Shown here piece after piece: positions 51,520-64,000 of a stretch of DNA of 64,000 bases. The stretch covers positions 17,484,001 to 17,548,000 of the forward strand of contig OZ241831.1 in NCBI GenBank assembly GCA_965202585.1, in the 5' to 3' direction. The notes under the pieces are model-generated. The model worked only from the letters and a program-made list of their open reading frames with translations. It did not search any database and was not told the DNA's origin. How positions within the stretch are numbered: the stretch's first letter is position 1; each line of letters opens with the position of its first letter. Source of the stretch: Thalia democratica (taxonomy: Eukaryota). The translations under genes were made by a program, and so were the position numbers.

Positions 51520-54023
51520 GGTGATTAATTATTTAATGATTCTGTTGTTTTAATTTTGCCTTTGAAACTACTTTAATCACTACTTAATTATAACTTGTTA
51601 TTTTAAGTAACTTTTGTTTACACGGAATTTTTTAAATCCATACTTTTTTATTTCATAAAAATGCTTTATTCAATACAACTACCTCTACAAATTTGTCTAT
51701 TCAAGACTATGTACAAATTACAAGTAAAAAACACTTTTATTTCAAAGTTATTATAATGTAATTACAGTATATATCAAAAGAATAAAAGTATATAGAAATA
51801 AAAATAATGTACAACACCATAAATAAAAATTAAAAAATTAACGATAAAATTTTAGCTTTAAGTAGCTTGAATGAATTTAAGAATAAAAAACTATTTTACA
51901 CATTTACAAAATATTGTTATTTGGAGTAAAAAGTATTTAGAGTTCTTTTAAATATAATATTTACATTTTATAAATTTTAGACAGTAAAATGACTATTGGA
52001 CAAATTATTCAATTCACGTACAAAAAGTTGCAACTGAATTTACATAAAAATGAATTTAAGAAAAAAAAATTACATGTTAAAGTACATAGTAATATTCAAA
52101 AAAAGAATTTCGATTTAATGCTTAAGGTTTATTTTAGACAGGATAGTATTTTCAATTTATTAGAAAGATACTTTAGTTTAAAATTTAAAAAGCTGGAATC
52201 TCATCTAAATTATAAAAAAATATTTCAAGTTAGCATTTAAGGTCTTTTTGTATTCTAAAAACTTTAAACTTAATAAAAACACATTCTAAAAAATTACTTA
52301 ATTGATATTTGAATAACAAATTTTACGAGACACGCAAAACTTTTCTTGTTTAGAACTTAATATGTTTAACTTACTTAACAATGCAATCTTTACTAGCACT
52401 CTATTATTAAAGTTTATAAAAATATATTTTATCTCATTTAAAGAACATAACACAGTAAAACAGATCTGTTATAACTTTTTTATTTCATAAAATGGAAATT
52501 ATTGTAAATAGTATATACAGTAAGTACAATTTGTAGCAAGTTTTAAGGACAACAAAAATGAAATGTCATACCTATAAACATACTACAAGGGATGTGTAAA
52601 CTTTTTATGCCTTCAAGATAAAAGCTAAACTTAATAACAGAAAAATCATAAACAGCTGAAAACCAAATTAATAAAAACCTTAGCTATATACAGGCTGAGT
52701 TGACGTATGGTTGGGGCAAACTTTTCAAGTAAAACAAAATATACATGTGAGAAAAAGTGCTCATAGACCTGAGAAAATAGTTATGTACAAATTGATGAGC
52801 CTATTTCAAACGATAAAATTTTAAATAAACATGCCATAAGGACAACGAAAACAAGAGCTATACAGCACTCAAGGCAATGAGTTGAACTTAACCCTATGTA
52901 CACTTATTTTTATTTTGTACAATTCACAAGGAATTTTATTTTAGTATTTTATATAAGCAGCAAAATATAAACTTTTTTTATCACTAATTGTTGAAAGCAA
53001 AATGAACTAAATTTTTAAAAGTGATACAAAAAGGTATGCTAAAAAAAATAATTTACTACTAATTAAATTTTTGAGGACATAGATATTATTTGGGGAATTG
53101 AATTAACGTTAATAAGTGTTTTTAAAAATCATCTATAGTTCTTTTTATGCAACAGTACAATTAAACAAGTGGCAGTAGAACCTCTACTTTTTCTGGTAGT
53201 ATTAATAGATATCTAAAAATAATTAAAAATTCATATATAATATTGCAAATTTTACTTTTTTTTTTTGCACTTCTTGGCTATATGAACAACAAGTTTAAGA
53301 TAATTGTAGAAAACAACAAATTAAATTTCATACTTTAATTTTTTTTTAAATATACTTTGATTAGTTTGAACAAACGTATATTTAGCAAATTTATTTTGAT
53401 AACGTATGTTTGCAGTATTTACGAATGTCAGGAAACTATTCTGTTATAGATTTCACAGTAAATATTTATTTGAGCATAGCTTAAAAAAAAGTATAACAAG
53501 AAAAATTGTACCCATTAAAAAATGAGAGTTTAAATAATTTGAAAATAAAAACTAACTCCAGACGTGGTAAATTTAATGTTTTGATTAAAGTTATGTGACC
53601 TATAGATACTATTTATTTTAGGAAAAAACTTATTATAAAATTAGTTTAGAAAATTATAGTTAAGATTAACAGCCTTCAAGGATATTTTGATTTGGCTTAT
53701 AACTAACACTGCAAATTAAAATAATTGAAATAAGACAGGAAATTTTTGTATAAAAAGTAAACTATGTACTAACTGTATAATAACTTAAAAATTTGACATT
53801 TAAATATTCTAAACTAAATCTTTTTAAATTGACGTTTAATTAGCACCATCGATGATAAACTTTTTTAAACAGTAAGTACAGTTTTAAAACAATTCAAACA
53901 CAAAAATTAAAATAATTAATTAAAGCAATTTACAAGTGATGATTCTAATGAACAAGGTTTTTTATAGTACATATTAACAGTTTTATCATAGTAGTGCAAT
54001 TTACACTGTTAGAAATGGCCAAG

Positions 54024-55181
54024 TTAAAGTTCATCTGTCTCTGAAAAATCAGACAAGCTAGACTCAACTTCACTTATGTTACCATTCAGCTTTCCTCCAA
54101 CTATTTCTTCCACAACATTTGGAAACAGTTTACAAAACAGGGGGTTTTCTAAGTTTTCTTTATTCTTTTTTAACTGATGGTTGACAGAAAGGTCAAGTGC
54201 ACCAAACTTGTCAATTAGAGAATTAGTGATTATCCCAGAAAGCACTATTTGTTTTACATTCATAATTACGTCAGTAGCTGTAAAAATTGGATTCCAGGGA
54301 GGGTTTAATATTGATCCATATGGAGATACAACAACCTCCATCATCTGTGAGCTGATGAATGAGTAGGGTAGCACACAGGTGTAGAAAGGAGGAGATATAA
54401 GTACAACCATAGGTGGTTTGAATGGGTAGGAAACTGGAAAAATTATTCTGCCATGGAAGAAATAGCCAGTCAGCAGGCTGGTTTTAGGCACCCTAACCTA
54501 AAAATTAAACACTTTAAATTCCTAAAAGTACATACTTTTGCACAGTTATCAAACAGTTATCTAGGTACAATTTATTTAATATTATATATGTATACTTAAA
54601 TAAAAAGTACTAAATTTCGAAAGAAATTACTTTCTTTTTTCTGTTTTTGTTTTCCAATTAGTTGTAAAAAAATAATTCTTTGCAAAGTTTTTGCTTAGTT
54701 TTTCTTACATAAACTACAAAAGTTATATAAAATATTTATTAATTAAACTTAAAATTTGTTTTCATAAATTTAAAACAATAAAATATATGCATCAAGTCAA
54801 GACGCTTTTCTTAGTTTTATTCATTTTGTTTTAAAAAAAAAACAGCAAGCAGTTTTCCTTTCTTTGCAATGTTTAGTAGGCAAAAGGAGTGAGTTATTTT
54901 TATTAATTTAAAAAGACTTTATTCTATAAAGTAAAACAAATTAACATAGTATATGAACTAATAAAACAACTTACAACAAAATGCCATTCTTGTTTATTCC
55001 TTGGGTCCCTAATAACTTCAACATGTTCAACTGGGTCTTTGATTATCTGAATAAAATCAGATTTCAATCGGGATTGAACACAACTTGCTAAGCTTTTATC
55101 ATATTTAACAGGAAAAATTTTATTTACTAGCATGACAAGCCCATAAAACCACCATAAAGGCAGATGGGTGTACCTTTCCAC
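54024..55181 (-). CDS. UBE2J2-like: UBE2J2/Ubc6-derived E2-like protein 2 (probable UEV), about 210 aa from the ATG at 55133
   Basis: Exon 55181-54975 (acceptor ttttgcag, donor GTT|GTAAGT; SRLKSDFIQIIKDP...EWHFV) and exon 54497-54024 (GYFFHGRIIFPVSYPFKPPMVVLISP...WNPIFTATDVI...NLENPLFCKLFPNVVEEI). The start codon is uncertain because the frame is open to the acceptor. Confidence 0.85.
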
Positions 55182-55725
55182 CTGCAAAACTACTGTTATT
55201 ATAGCTAAATTATTACAAAGAAAAGTATTTATGCTTTTAGTTTTTAAAAAAGACTTATAAACTTTAAGCTATTGGTTTGCCAACTTTTTTTCTAACTAGT
55301 GATTAAATAGTTTAAATACTAATGTAAGTTGCTTACTAACAAGAATCAAAGAAATGGTTCTTTCTTCATTAAACAAAAATATTTGTAATCTATAGACAAT
55401 TATGATTTTAAAACTGTTATCGTACGAGTTTTCAAAAACATTTAATATAATAACAAAAGATATAAATACACGTTTTTGTTATGTAAAATTAAAAAACTTT
55501 CTGATAAAAAATTTAAGATCTTAAATTTTTAACTAATGGATTTAAAACAACTTTTATTTATAAATGCTCCAACTATTACATTGCAATATTTTTGGGCTAA
55601 GAATTTCTAGGCTAAGAAACTATTAGCCAAAAAAGATTACAATCAACTGTTACTACTATTATATTTAACATTTAAAATTTTGCTTAAAAGTTTAAAATTT
55701 ATGAACAAAAAATTTCTTTTATATA

Positions 55726-56592
55726 CAGTGGTTATCCACTTATCCAGACATCACTTATCTGGACAGTTTTAGTCAAGAAGGAAATTCAAAAAATCTCAAT
55801 ATTAAACACAAACATTTTTGTATGATAAAAATGTTTTTAAGCTTTCATGCGTAAGAAAACTATAAGTGATTTTCGAAATTCTGCAATTTAGTTCATTACT
55901 ATGATGTAACAATACTACTAAAGCTTACATTTAAACTTTGATAAATACTAGTTTAGTTATCAAAAACCTTTGTATGTAAAGTAAGTCAGTTCAGTTTTTT
56001 TTTTCATCCTATGTTATTTAAAATATGACTAAAAGTTTTTTATTTAAACTTTTAAAGTTTTTTTGATAGTTGATTAAATATTAAGTTTTTTTTATAAAAT
56101 CAATGTATAACAGTTATTTTTGGTTTTTAGTTTAAACTAATTTATAAAAGTTGTTAATTCAAACATTTTGTTTAAGATGAGGTGCATGATTTTTTATTTA
56201 TTTATAAGTTACATAAGTTTGACACACTAAACATACCAGGTATTAGAAATGGACAAAACATAAAAAAAATTAGTTTTAAAATAAAAAAAAGTTTTAAAAT
56301 TTAAATAAATACATAATAGTTTAAAAATAAAATTAAAAAATTCAAGTTTTTAAAATGGTAAAAAACTATGTGCCAAAGTCTTTTATAAGGGAGCAGTTTA
56401 GCATAGGCAGGTTGACTTTATACGATATTTTGAAAAGTGATGAAAAGTTTAAACAGAAAAAGAGGAGCTGAGCTTTTAGTATGAATTGCATAATAATAAG
56501 CAGTTACGTTATTTGATGAAAAAAAAAATTTTGTACTTATCCAAAAAATGCTTATCCTTGCCAAATATGTCCGGATAAGTGAATAAGCACTG
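55726..56592. mobile_element. pogo/Tigger-like (Tc1/mariner superfamily) non-autonomous element, 867 bp
   Basis: TA|cagtggttatccacttatccagaca ... tgtccggataagtgaataagcactg|TA: TIRs of about 25 bp and a TA target duplication. Confidence 0.85.
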
Positions 56593-58400
56593 TACTAATT
56601 AAGATTTCAAAAACTTAAAATAAATTCAAATGTAAATTACAATTTTTACAGTTACAGTTTTGATTTAGCTTACAATCTTTTGTTTATTGATGTAAAAAGG
56701 AAAATTTTTTAATGATTTTGTTTATCATTGAAACAACTATTTTAATAATAATATCTTTCAAAACTGTGAATTATCAATTTATGATTAAACTATTAGACAA
56801 TGTTTTCATAAAATAAAAATCAGTATTTATTTGTTATCTTATATCAAATACTTACTAAAATAATGATTAAAATAAAAATCAGTCAATATATAGATAAAAA
56901 AACAAAAAGTTATTGAAAGTAATTTTGTTTAAAACTCTACCTGATTTATAAAATTTAAATATAAGCATTTTTTAAGGTTATAGAAAATAAATAATATTAA
57001 AACAAAGTCTAAACAAAAGCATTCGCAAACAATAATATATTTTAACAAGCACATCTTCATTCATGATGAAGTCACCTATTAAATATTAAAACACCAAAGG
57101 ATATTTATTTGTATGTTTAAACCACTAGGTTTTGATTTTTCAGCTTCAACTAAGAGAGCTTTCAGCACCCTCATTAGGAATCCTAAGGAATCAGGCCAAA
57201 TAACTAAGTAATAAGCAATATAACTTATACTGTGTATAGATTTACCTGTCATTTCAAGAAAAAGTTCTTAAACTGATTGAGTGTAAACTAATTAAAATCT
57301 ATATTTTTTAAATAAAACTCTTGGCTAAATTTCATTTCTTAAATTTAAGTTCAGCTAAATCAAATTTAAAGAAAAATTTTCAAAATAAGTGTTAAACCTC
57401 CACAAAAAACCTACTTTTTGTCTGAATAGATACTAAGAAAGTTTAGCACATGAAATGAACTTTGTTTTCCTATTATTGGATAAACTTAAATTTTGTAAAA
57501 TGTTTTTTTTTTAGATTAGTTTGTTTTTTATATACTTTATGATAAATAAGTTTGGATATATATTATATTTTTTTAGTGTAAAAAAAAATTTAAATAAACT
57601 GATAAACTGTTTTATTTAAACAAACTGATAAAAACAAAGGTGTACTAAACTTGTTTTGTTAATTTTTATGAGAGAACAACCATCACAACAACTCACTAAT
57701 ATTTATTAAAAACAGGTTCCTGTTTTATTTTATAGAATAAATAGCTAATACTAGAAAGTAGATGTATAAAATTGAAAATAGTGAGAGCTTCACTACATTG
57801 GATGAGAATAGTGTTTCTCATGAGCCAATGGATAAAACTTCATTGTTCCAAAACTTAACGAAGCTGTTACTTTTACTTATGAGCAGATTACTTGCTTTAA
57901 CATACAATTTCTAAAATAATTGATTCAATTGAAAAACTATGTAAAAATTTATTAAACTTTTGATAAACAAATTGTATATTTTAACAGATTTTGTAATCAT
58001 AAACTTCAAATTGTTTCGATATAAACAAACTTATGATTTAGATAACACAACTCATCTTTTTTATTTTTGAATTGCCTTTATTTATAGACAGTAATTTACT
58101 TTTTAAAACTTCATGTTTACTACAGTTTTAAAAACCGAATAAAACTTTAAATAAAACAGTATTATCAAATAGTATTTCGTTCTAGGTTTTATTTTTGAAA
58201 GTTTTTTTTAAACTTCTAAAGAACAATTTCCTAAAGTTACGCAACCTATTTTGACTTTTTTTTTAACTAGCCTAGCCCGTATAATACTTTTTTGGTAAAC
58301 CTAGCACGCCGACTAGAAGAATTGCGCACCTCTATTTTAGGTTATCGTTAGCAAAGCTGGGATGTTTTTTCACTTAGGTAATAAATACTAGGCTACACTG

Positions 58401-58470
58401 CACGACCATTAACAAGAGCTTCTAAGAAAATTTCGCTCTTTTTTGAACTCATCAGCAAGACATAGTCGTA
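58401..58470 (-). ncRNA. Hammerhead-ribozyme-like motif with an intact core and partly mismatched stems I and III
   Basis: Minus strand reads tacgactat gtcttg CTGATGA gttc-aaaaaa-gagc GAAA t tttc-tta-gaag c TC ttgtta atggtcgtg. A 9-bp distal stem I is in register with the core. Confidence 0.45.
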
Positions 58471-58622
58471 TAAAACCACATTATTATGCAGGAGTCGGAA
58501 ATTTCTGGCCTACAAAGTGACAATTTGTGACTCGTAAGGTTTTTTAGTGGAAAAATACTTAAAAAAAGTTTTTGTGGTATAAGAACTTTCAACTACGCTC
58601 TTGATTTAATAACTACTGTTTA

Positions 58623-59318
58623 GGGTGGCTGTTAGAACGGCACAGCGACACTTCAGCACGGGTCGTCAGTTCAGCACGATGCATCAATTTTTCATGTTGG
58701 GTCACTTTGGTACGGAGGTTCACGTTCGCACAGCGTCATTTTAGCACGGGTAGTCACTTTTGCACGGCGTCACTTTAGCACGGTGTGTCACCTTATCACG
58801 GTGCGTCACTTTAGTACGGGGGTCACTTTTGCACGGCGTCACTTTTTTATGGCGTCACTCTAGAACAGTGGGTCATTTTAGCACGATAGGTTAATTTTGA
58901 CGGAGCCGTATTTTTGCACGAACCAAAGCTTTTCAATAGGAGGATTTATAAAACTTTTTATTTATCTTATAAAAAATAAGTGTTAATACACTAAGTTTGT
59001 AAGAATTTTGAGCTTAATTTATTTTTCTTATAAATTTGTCTTTTAGTTTTTAAAAAAACATTTATTTTATATTTTTTAGTACTTTTGAGTTGTTATAGTA
59101 TTAAATTTTTCAATACTGTTTAATATCAAACCTAAAAATGTTAAAGTTTGTTACTTAATAATCATATACATTTTAAATACGATAAAATAGTAAAGGTAAT
59201 AACATCGTGCTAAAGTGACGCATTGTTCTGAAATGACGCCGTGCTAAAGTGACCTACCGTGCAAAAGTTGCGCTGTACAAAAGTGCCTTGCTAAAGTGAC
59301 GCCGTGCTATACTCACCC
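58623..59318. mobile_element. Foldback-type element: long inverted arms built from about 17-bp gtcactttagcacg(g) tandem units around an AT-rich core
   Basis: The left arm (about 58640-58920) has gtcactttagcacgg units and the right arm (about 59205-59310) has cgtgctaaagtgac units. Termini are gggtg.../...caccc. No TSD recognised. Confidence 0.7.
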
Positions 59319-60171
59319 ACTCCCATTGTTTACTAGTAGTACTAGTAAGCTATAGATTATGTTTATTTTGTTTTTAGTGTAAACAGTTTTTTTTTAAATT
59401 AAATTGTTGTTAATTTCTTTGAAAATACTTTTTTGTTTAACTAAGTCTAAAAAATATCAAAAAGTAGATCAAACTGTTAAACGACTTTAAGTGAGTTTTT
59501 ATTTTGATTTTCGTAACAACAACTACTGTGCAAACGTACTAAAACAGTTTAAAATAAATGAAAACACTAGACACTGTCTAATACTAATAGACAAAATCTT
59601 ACTTAAAAATTTACATAGAAAAATATTACTTAATATTAAAAAAATGTATAAACACTATACATTTACTTTTTTTTTAAAGATACTCTTTTGAAAATTACTT
59701 CATTAATCACTTTGAACAACTAAAAAATCAGCCATTACCCTCACATTACCATATAAAAACTTTTGATACAGAAGCAATTTTTTAGTTTTAAAGTTTTTTA
59801 TTAGCTGACTTTATCAGAAGTCAAATTTAATGTTAAAGTTTTACATATATCAAGTCATGTGTAATTTTCGAACATCAAATTTAAAATGAGTTATAAGTCG
59901 TGAAAAACATTTAAAAAACAAATAAATATGCTGTAATCTTTTTTTTGCAAACTTATTTGTTTAACTATTTGCTTTAAATCTAAAAACAAATCCTGGCTAA
60001 ACTTAGCACAGTAAAATGACAATTTAAATTTTGACCAAAACTTTAAATAAAATTCAAAATAAACTTTCACTCACTATGTAAGTATGTAAATTCCATATGT
60101 TTCTTTTCTTAGATCATTTTAAAAATCAAATTTACTTAAACATGACATTCTAAAAGTTCTTAAGTCCACAT

Positions 60172-61246
60172 CAGGGGCGTAGCGTGGGGAGGGACACTGG
60201 CGCATGCATGCCACCCAAAAAAAAAAGTAAAAAAAAGAATGTTATATCTTTATCCTTTATAGTTTATTTTTTCTGCTTAATTTGCCTTTTTTCAACTATG
60301 TTTATCTAGTATTCAAAAAGTTAAACGAAATTTTGAATACCAATTAGTGACAAGTTAGGAAAGTACATGTTAATACTCAATATACTGATTCGGTGCGTAA
60401 TTTCAAATGCGCACCGATGTTGATGAGAAACTCCATAAGGAAAAATTTTATAAATTCATTAACTTGATAAGAATTTAGACTCAAAAAGTACGCAATTAAT
60501 ATAGCGCACCGCTGTAGTATAACCTTATGGCAGATTATTTTTCTACAAAAAGTTTACAAAAATACGTCACGCTTAAAGAAAAATTAAACAATTTTACAAT
60601 TTTTTTTTTATGCTACATTGTTAAGACTACTGCTAGTTTTCTGAACTTTATTTTTGTAAACCAACAAGATAAGCGTGTCGGCCTATGAGAAATAAACTTT
60701 GTTTGTGATTTTTATTTTAAACAAATACAATCAAATGAATTAAATTTAAAAAGTATATTTTTAACTATTTTACAAAGTTGTAATAAACTGTAATAACAGG
60801 TATAAAATTGGTCTATTTTAACTTCTGTGTAACTTTATTAAAATTATGTGCAATGAGGTGTTGTTATCACTGTTGTATTGTATATTAAAGAGATTGATAT
60901 TTTTTTCGTAAATAAAACAGATACTTTCGTTTTATTGAATATATTAATTTTTAAAGATATTAAGTTTACTATAAGTAATAAAAACAATTTTTATTTAGTA
61001 AGTTTACATTTTTGCAAGTATAAGTAATTCTAATGAAATTTATACTTTTATTTAATTCTTTAATTTCGTAATATATAAATATTTTTTAAAACAGTTGACG
61101 AACTTATTTTACTTAATAAATTTATTTCAATTAAATTACTTATAAAAAGTTTTTTTATAGCTAATTACAAAAGTTTTAATTTAGAGGATTTTTTGAGAAA
61201 AAAAAATTTGTGCACCTTCTGACCAAAATACCACCCTACGCCACTG
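60172..61246. mobile_element. Non-autonomous hAT element, 1075 bp
   Basis: TIRs caggggcgtag/ctacgccactg, with 8-bp TSD gtccacat (60164-60171) versus gtccacac (61247-61254), a 7/8 match. Confidence 0.85.
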
Positions 61247-62019
61247 GTCCACACATATTTTAAGCACAACAAATTTTAATAGTTTAATATTTTTCTTAAG
61301 TTATACAGCTATAAGATTTTATAAAATAACCATTGACTAAACCACAAACTTATAAGGTTAAAAATAAAAATTGTTCCGTTGGTCAAACATACTTTTAGCT
61401 GAATATACTATATTAAACTTTATCTTCTGTATCTATTATAAATCTTAGTAGCAGTAAAAAGTTAAACCGCATAAGTTTAATACATTGGCAGTGCGAAAAG
61501 TGTTTGATACTGTAAAAGCTTTTCAATGTTTTTAGGAAGGTCTAGAAAAACAAATTTAAACAATTTTAGAACAAAAAACATAACTTTTTAAAGTAACGAT
61601 TATATTTTTTGCGCAGGAGGATAGTTTTGTATACACTAACTTTAGTTGTAAACTGTTTAGGAAGTACGAACAGCGAAGATAAGTGGTAAACTTTATAGCA
61701 CAAAAGGTATTTTACCGTAAAGTTTACTTTTAGAACTTTTATTTTTTAACAAATATGAACGTATTAAAACAAATACAAAAAACAATCAGCATTTACATTC
61801 AGCAAAGTAATAATTAAACACATTTGCAAACTATTTTAAATTCGAACTAGCTAAACCTTCTAGTTTACAAAAAACCTTTTAACTTTAAAATTGTATGGTT
61901 ATAACTTTTTTACAAATAATTATGTTAATAAACTTCAACTATTGACCAAAGCAGAATGTTTTATTAGTAATTTTTAATAAACAATAACAAAATCATTATA
62001 TTAAACTAGGCGTCTAAAT

Positions 62020-64000
62020 CAGGGTTTCCCAAAGTGGGCGATATCGCCCCCCTGGGGGCGATTTAAATAAGTCGGGGGGCGAATTTTAGTAAAGGGGCGA
62101 AAGGGGGGCGATAACTAGTAAGGGGGCGAATAGGGGGCGATTTTAAAATTTTGGGCAGTTATAAAATTTTTACTTTCTATCTTGTTATCTTAATAATTTT
62201 AGCTTGCCATTAAATATTTTACCCTATGTTAAAACTTTAACAAAAAAAAAGTCCATTTTGTTTACGTAAAGTATAGATTTCATTCTCAACATATAGATAA
62301 GAATGTAGAGTTTTTCAGAAAACATCGAGATGATAAAACAAAACAGTGTAAAATCACAAACATGTTTAAGAAATCTACACAAAGTTTTGAAGATGGACAA
62401 TTAGCTTTTTACTATCTGTCTCTCATAGTTGCTAAACAAGGACTGCCTCACACCATTGGAGAAAAATGTTTTTACCTATCTTAAAAACAGTCCTGGAAAA
62501 AGTCATTCATTATAAAAACACTAGTAATGTTTTACGTTCTATTCCATTAAACAACAACACTGTGAAAAGACGTATAGATGAAATGTCAGAATGTGTTGAA
62601 CAAAAGCTAGTTCGAATGATGTGCAATAATATTTTTTTCGATGCAGGTTGACGAGTCCACTTTGCCGGAAAATAAATGTCTTTTTCTTGTTTGCGTGCGT
62701 TTAAAAGTTGATGATACAACATACGAAGACTAGCGTTCTCCCAACTAATGGAAACGCATAGCACAGAAAAGTTTGTGTTTCAAAAATTAAAAAATATTTT
62801 GAAGTAAATAGAATACCTTCAAAACATCTTATAGGAATCACAACAGATGAAGCTCCGTCTATGATAGGAAAGTATCGTGAATTAATCACATATTACAAAG
62901 ATTTAAACCCCGATATACAAACTATTCTTAGCGATATACATCGCCAAAAAAAATTAAGCGTCCGTTTAAATGACTTATTAAACTTTATGATAAAAGCTGT
63001 TAATAAAATAAAAAAGCATGCTTTACAAAGTCGTCTGTTTAAACAGCTGTTCAATGACAATGATGAGGCTTTTGTGAGTTGATAATGTATACAGAAGTGA
63101 AATGGTTATCAAAAGGAAACTCTTTAGAAAGTTTTCGGCTGTTTTTGATTCAGTTTATGATTTTTTATTCTGTAAAGGATAAAATATTGGCGGACAATCT
63201 TGTTTAAAGAAAAATAGACATTGCTTACATGTCAGACTTATATGGTAAGATCAACAATCTGAACAAAACTTTACAAGGTAAAAACTTGAACCTTGTAATA
63301 GTCAAAAGTAAGATAACCAGTTTTAGAAACCAACTTGAACTGTATGGAAAAAAATTAAAAAATAATCAGTTTTCACAGTTTGCAAGCTTGGAAAACTTAA
63401 AACTTCAAATAAGTGAAGGTGAAGTAGAAGTATTTTCATCTCATCTGGAACATCTTAAATGTGATTTTGATAAACGGTTTACTGTCATTTTTCAATTAAA
63501 CGTCCCGAAGTGGATTATGGATCCTTTCGAAGCAAATCTTTTTGAAGTAAACGTTGACTTACAGGAAACTTTCTTAGACTTACAAACTGACCTTGAACTT
63601 AAAGTAAATTTTTCCAAAGAACGATAAAAGAGCTTTTGGATCCAACAAAAACTAAGGCAAAAGTATCCAATCATTCGGAAGGAAGTTAGATTGTTGTTTA
63701 TAGCTTTTCCTTCTAGCTATAATGTTGAGAAAGCTTTCAGTTCAGTTATCAACATCTTGAGCAAAAAAAGAGGTGACTTGAGGCTTTATTTGACTGATTT
63801 AGAACCAAATATAAAAAACTTGCAAGCAGTCATGAAGCTCGCAAGCTCATCCTTCATATTAGATTAGACTTCAGTTGCAGACATTATTTTTTGTAAGGTC
63901 TTCAATTTAAGTTGATTTTTAAAAAGATTTCTTATTTAAGCTGGTTTGTTGAATTTAAGTAGTCTTTTTATAATAACAATTTTATTAAGTTATTTATTCT
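62020..64000 (+). mobile_element. Buster-type hAT transposon (ZBED5/SCAND3-like) with a frameshifted transposase; right end not found in the window
   Basis: Left TIR cagggtttcccaaagtggg after gtcTAaat, with ggggcga subterminal repeats. Relics at about 62300-63830: AKQGLPHTIGEK, IPLNNNTVKRRIDEMS, QVDESTL, YTEVKWLSKG, AYMSDLYGKINNLNKTLQG and PSSYNVEKAFS. Several stops and frameshifts. Confidence 0.88.

Noticed and set aside
58640-58920. Short regular repeats resembling a CRISPR array
   Set aside because: The units of about 17 bp are nearly contiguous, with no unique 30-40-nt spacers. They have an inverted partner arm, the context is eukaryotic, and no cas genes are present.

Overview
Very AT-rich, intron-rich eukaryotic DNA with animal-type transposons. 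A Hydra-like cnidarian is my guess from composition and TE types, not something I can prove. I reconstructed five minus-strand genes by hand from GT-AG junctions. (1) A 2-exon, 860-aa signal-peptide and hydrophobic-segment protein with about 43 acidic Cys-containing repeats (4960-9617). (2) An 8-exon, 504-aa DDX18/HAS1 paralog with an intact frame but degenerate ATPase motifs (22639-28140). (3) An intronless 296-aa membrane protein with a CxxC..DH..CxxC HNH-like domain (29704-30594). (4, 5) Two tandem UBE2J2/Ubc6-derived E2-like genes that lack the tail anchor and have remodelled active-site loops (48665-51519 and 54024-55181). A probable plus-strand terminal exon with two PPxY motifs lies at 1595-1662. 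The rest is TE-rich: hAT elements (two with 8-bp TSDs), a pogo-like MITE, foldback-type repeats and other MITEs. A (TA)n-embedded pile of Penelope-like element ends at 11.4-13.8 kb carries several hammerhead ribozyme motifs, and two more hammerhead motifs lie at 7.7 kb (intronic, sense) and 58.4 kb. A CpG-rich, E2F/CRE promoter-like island lies at 47.7-47.9 kb. I saw no rRNA, tRNA or CRISPR arrays.
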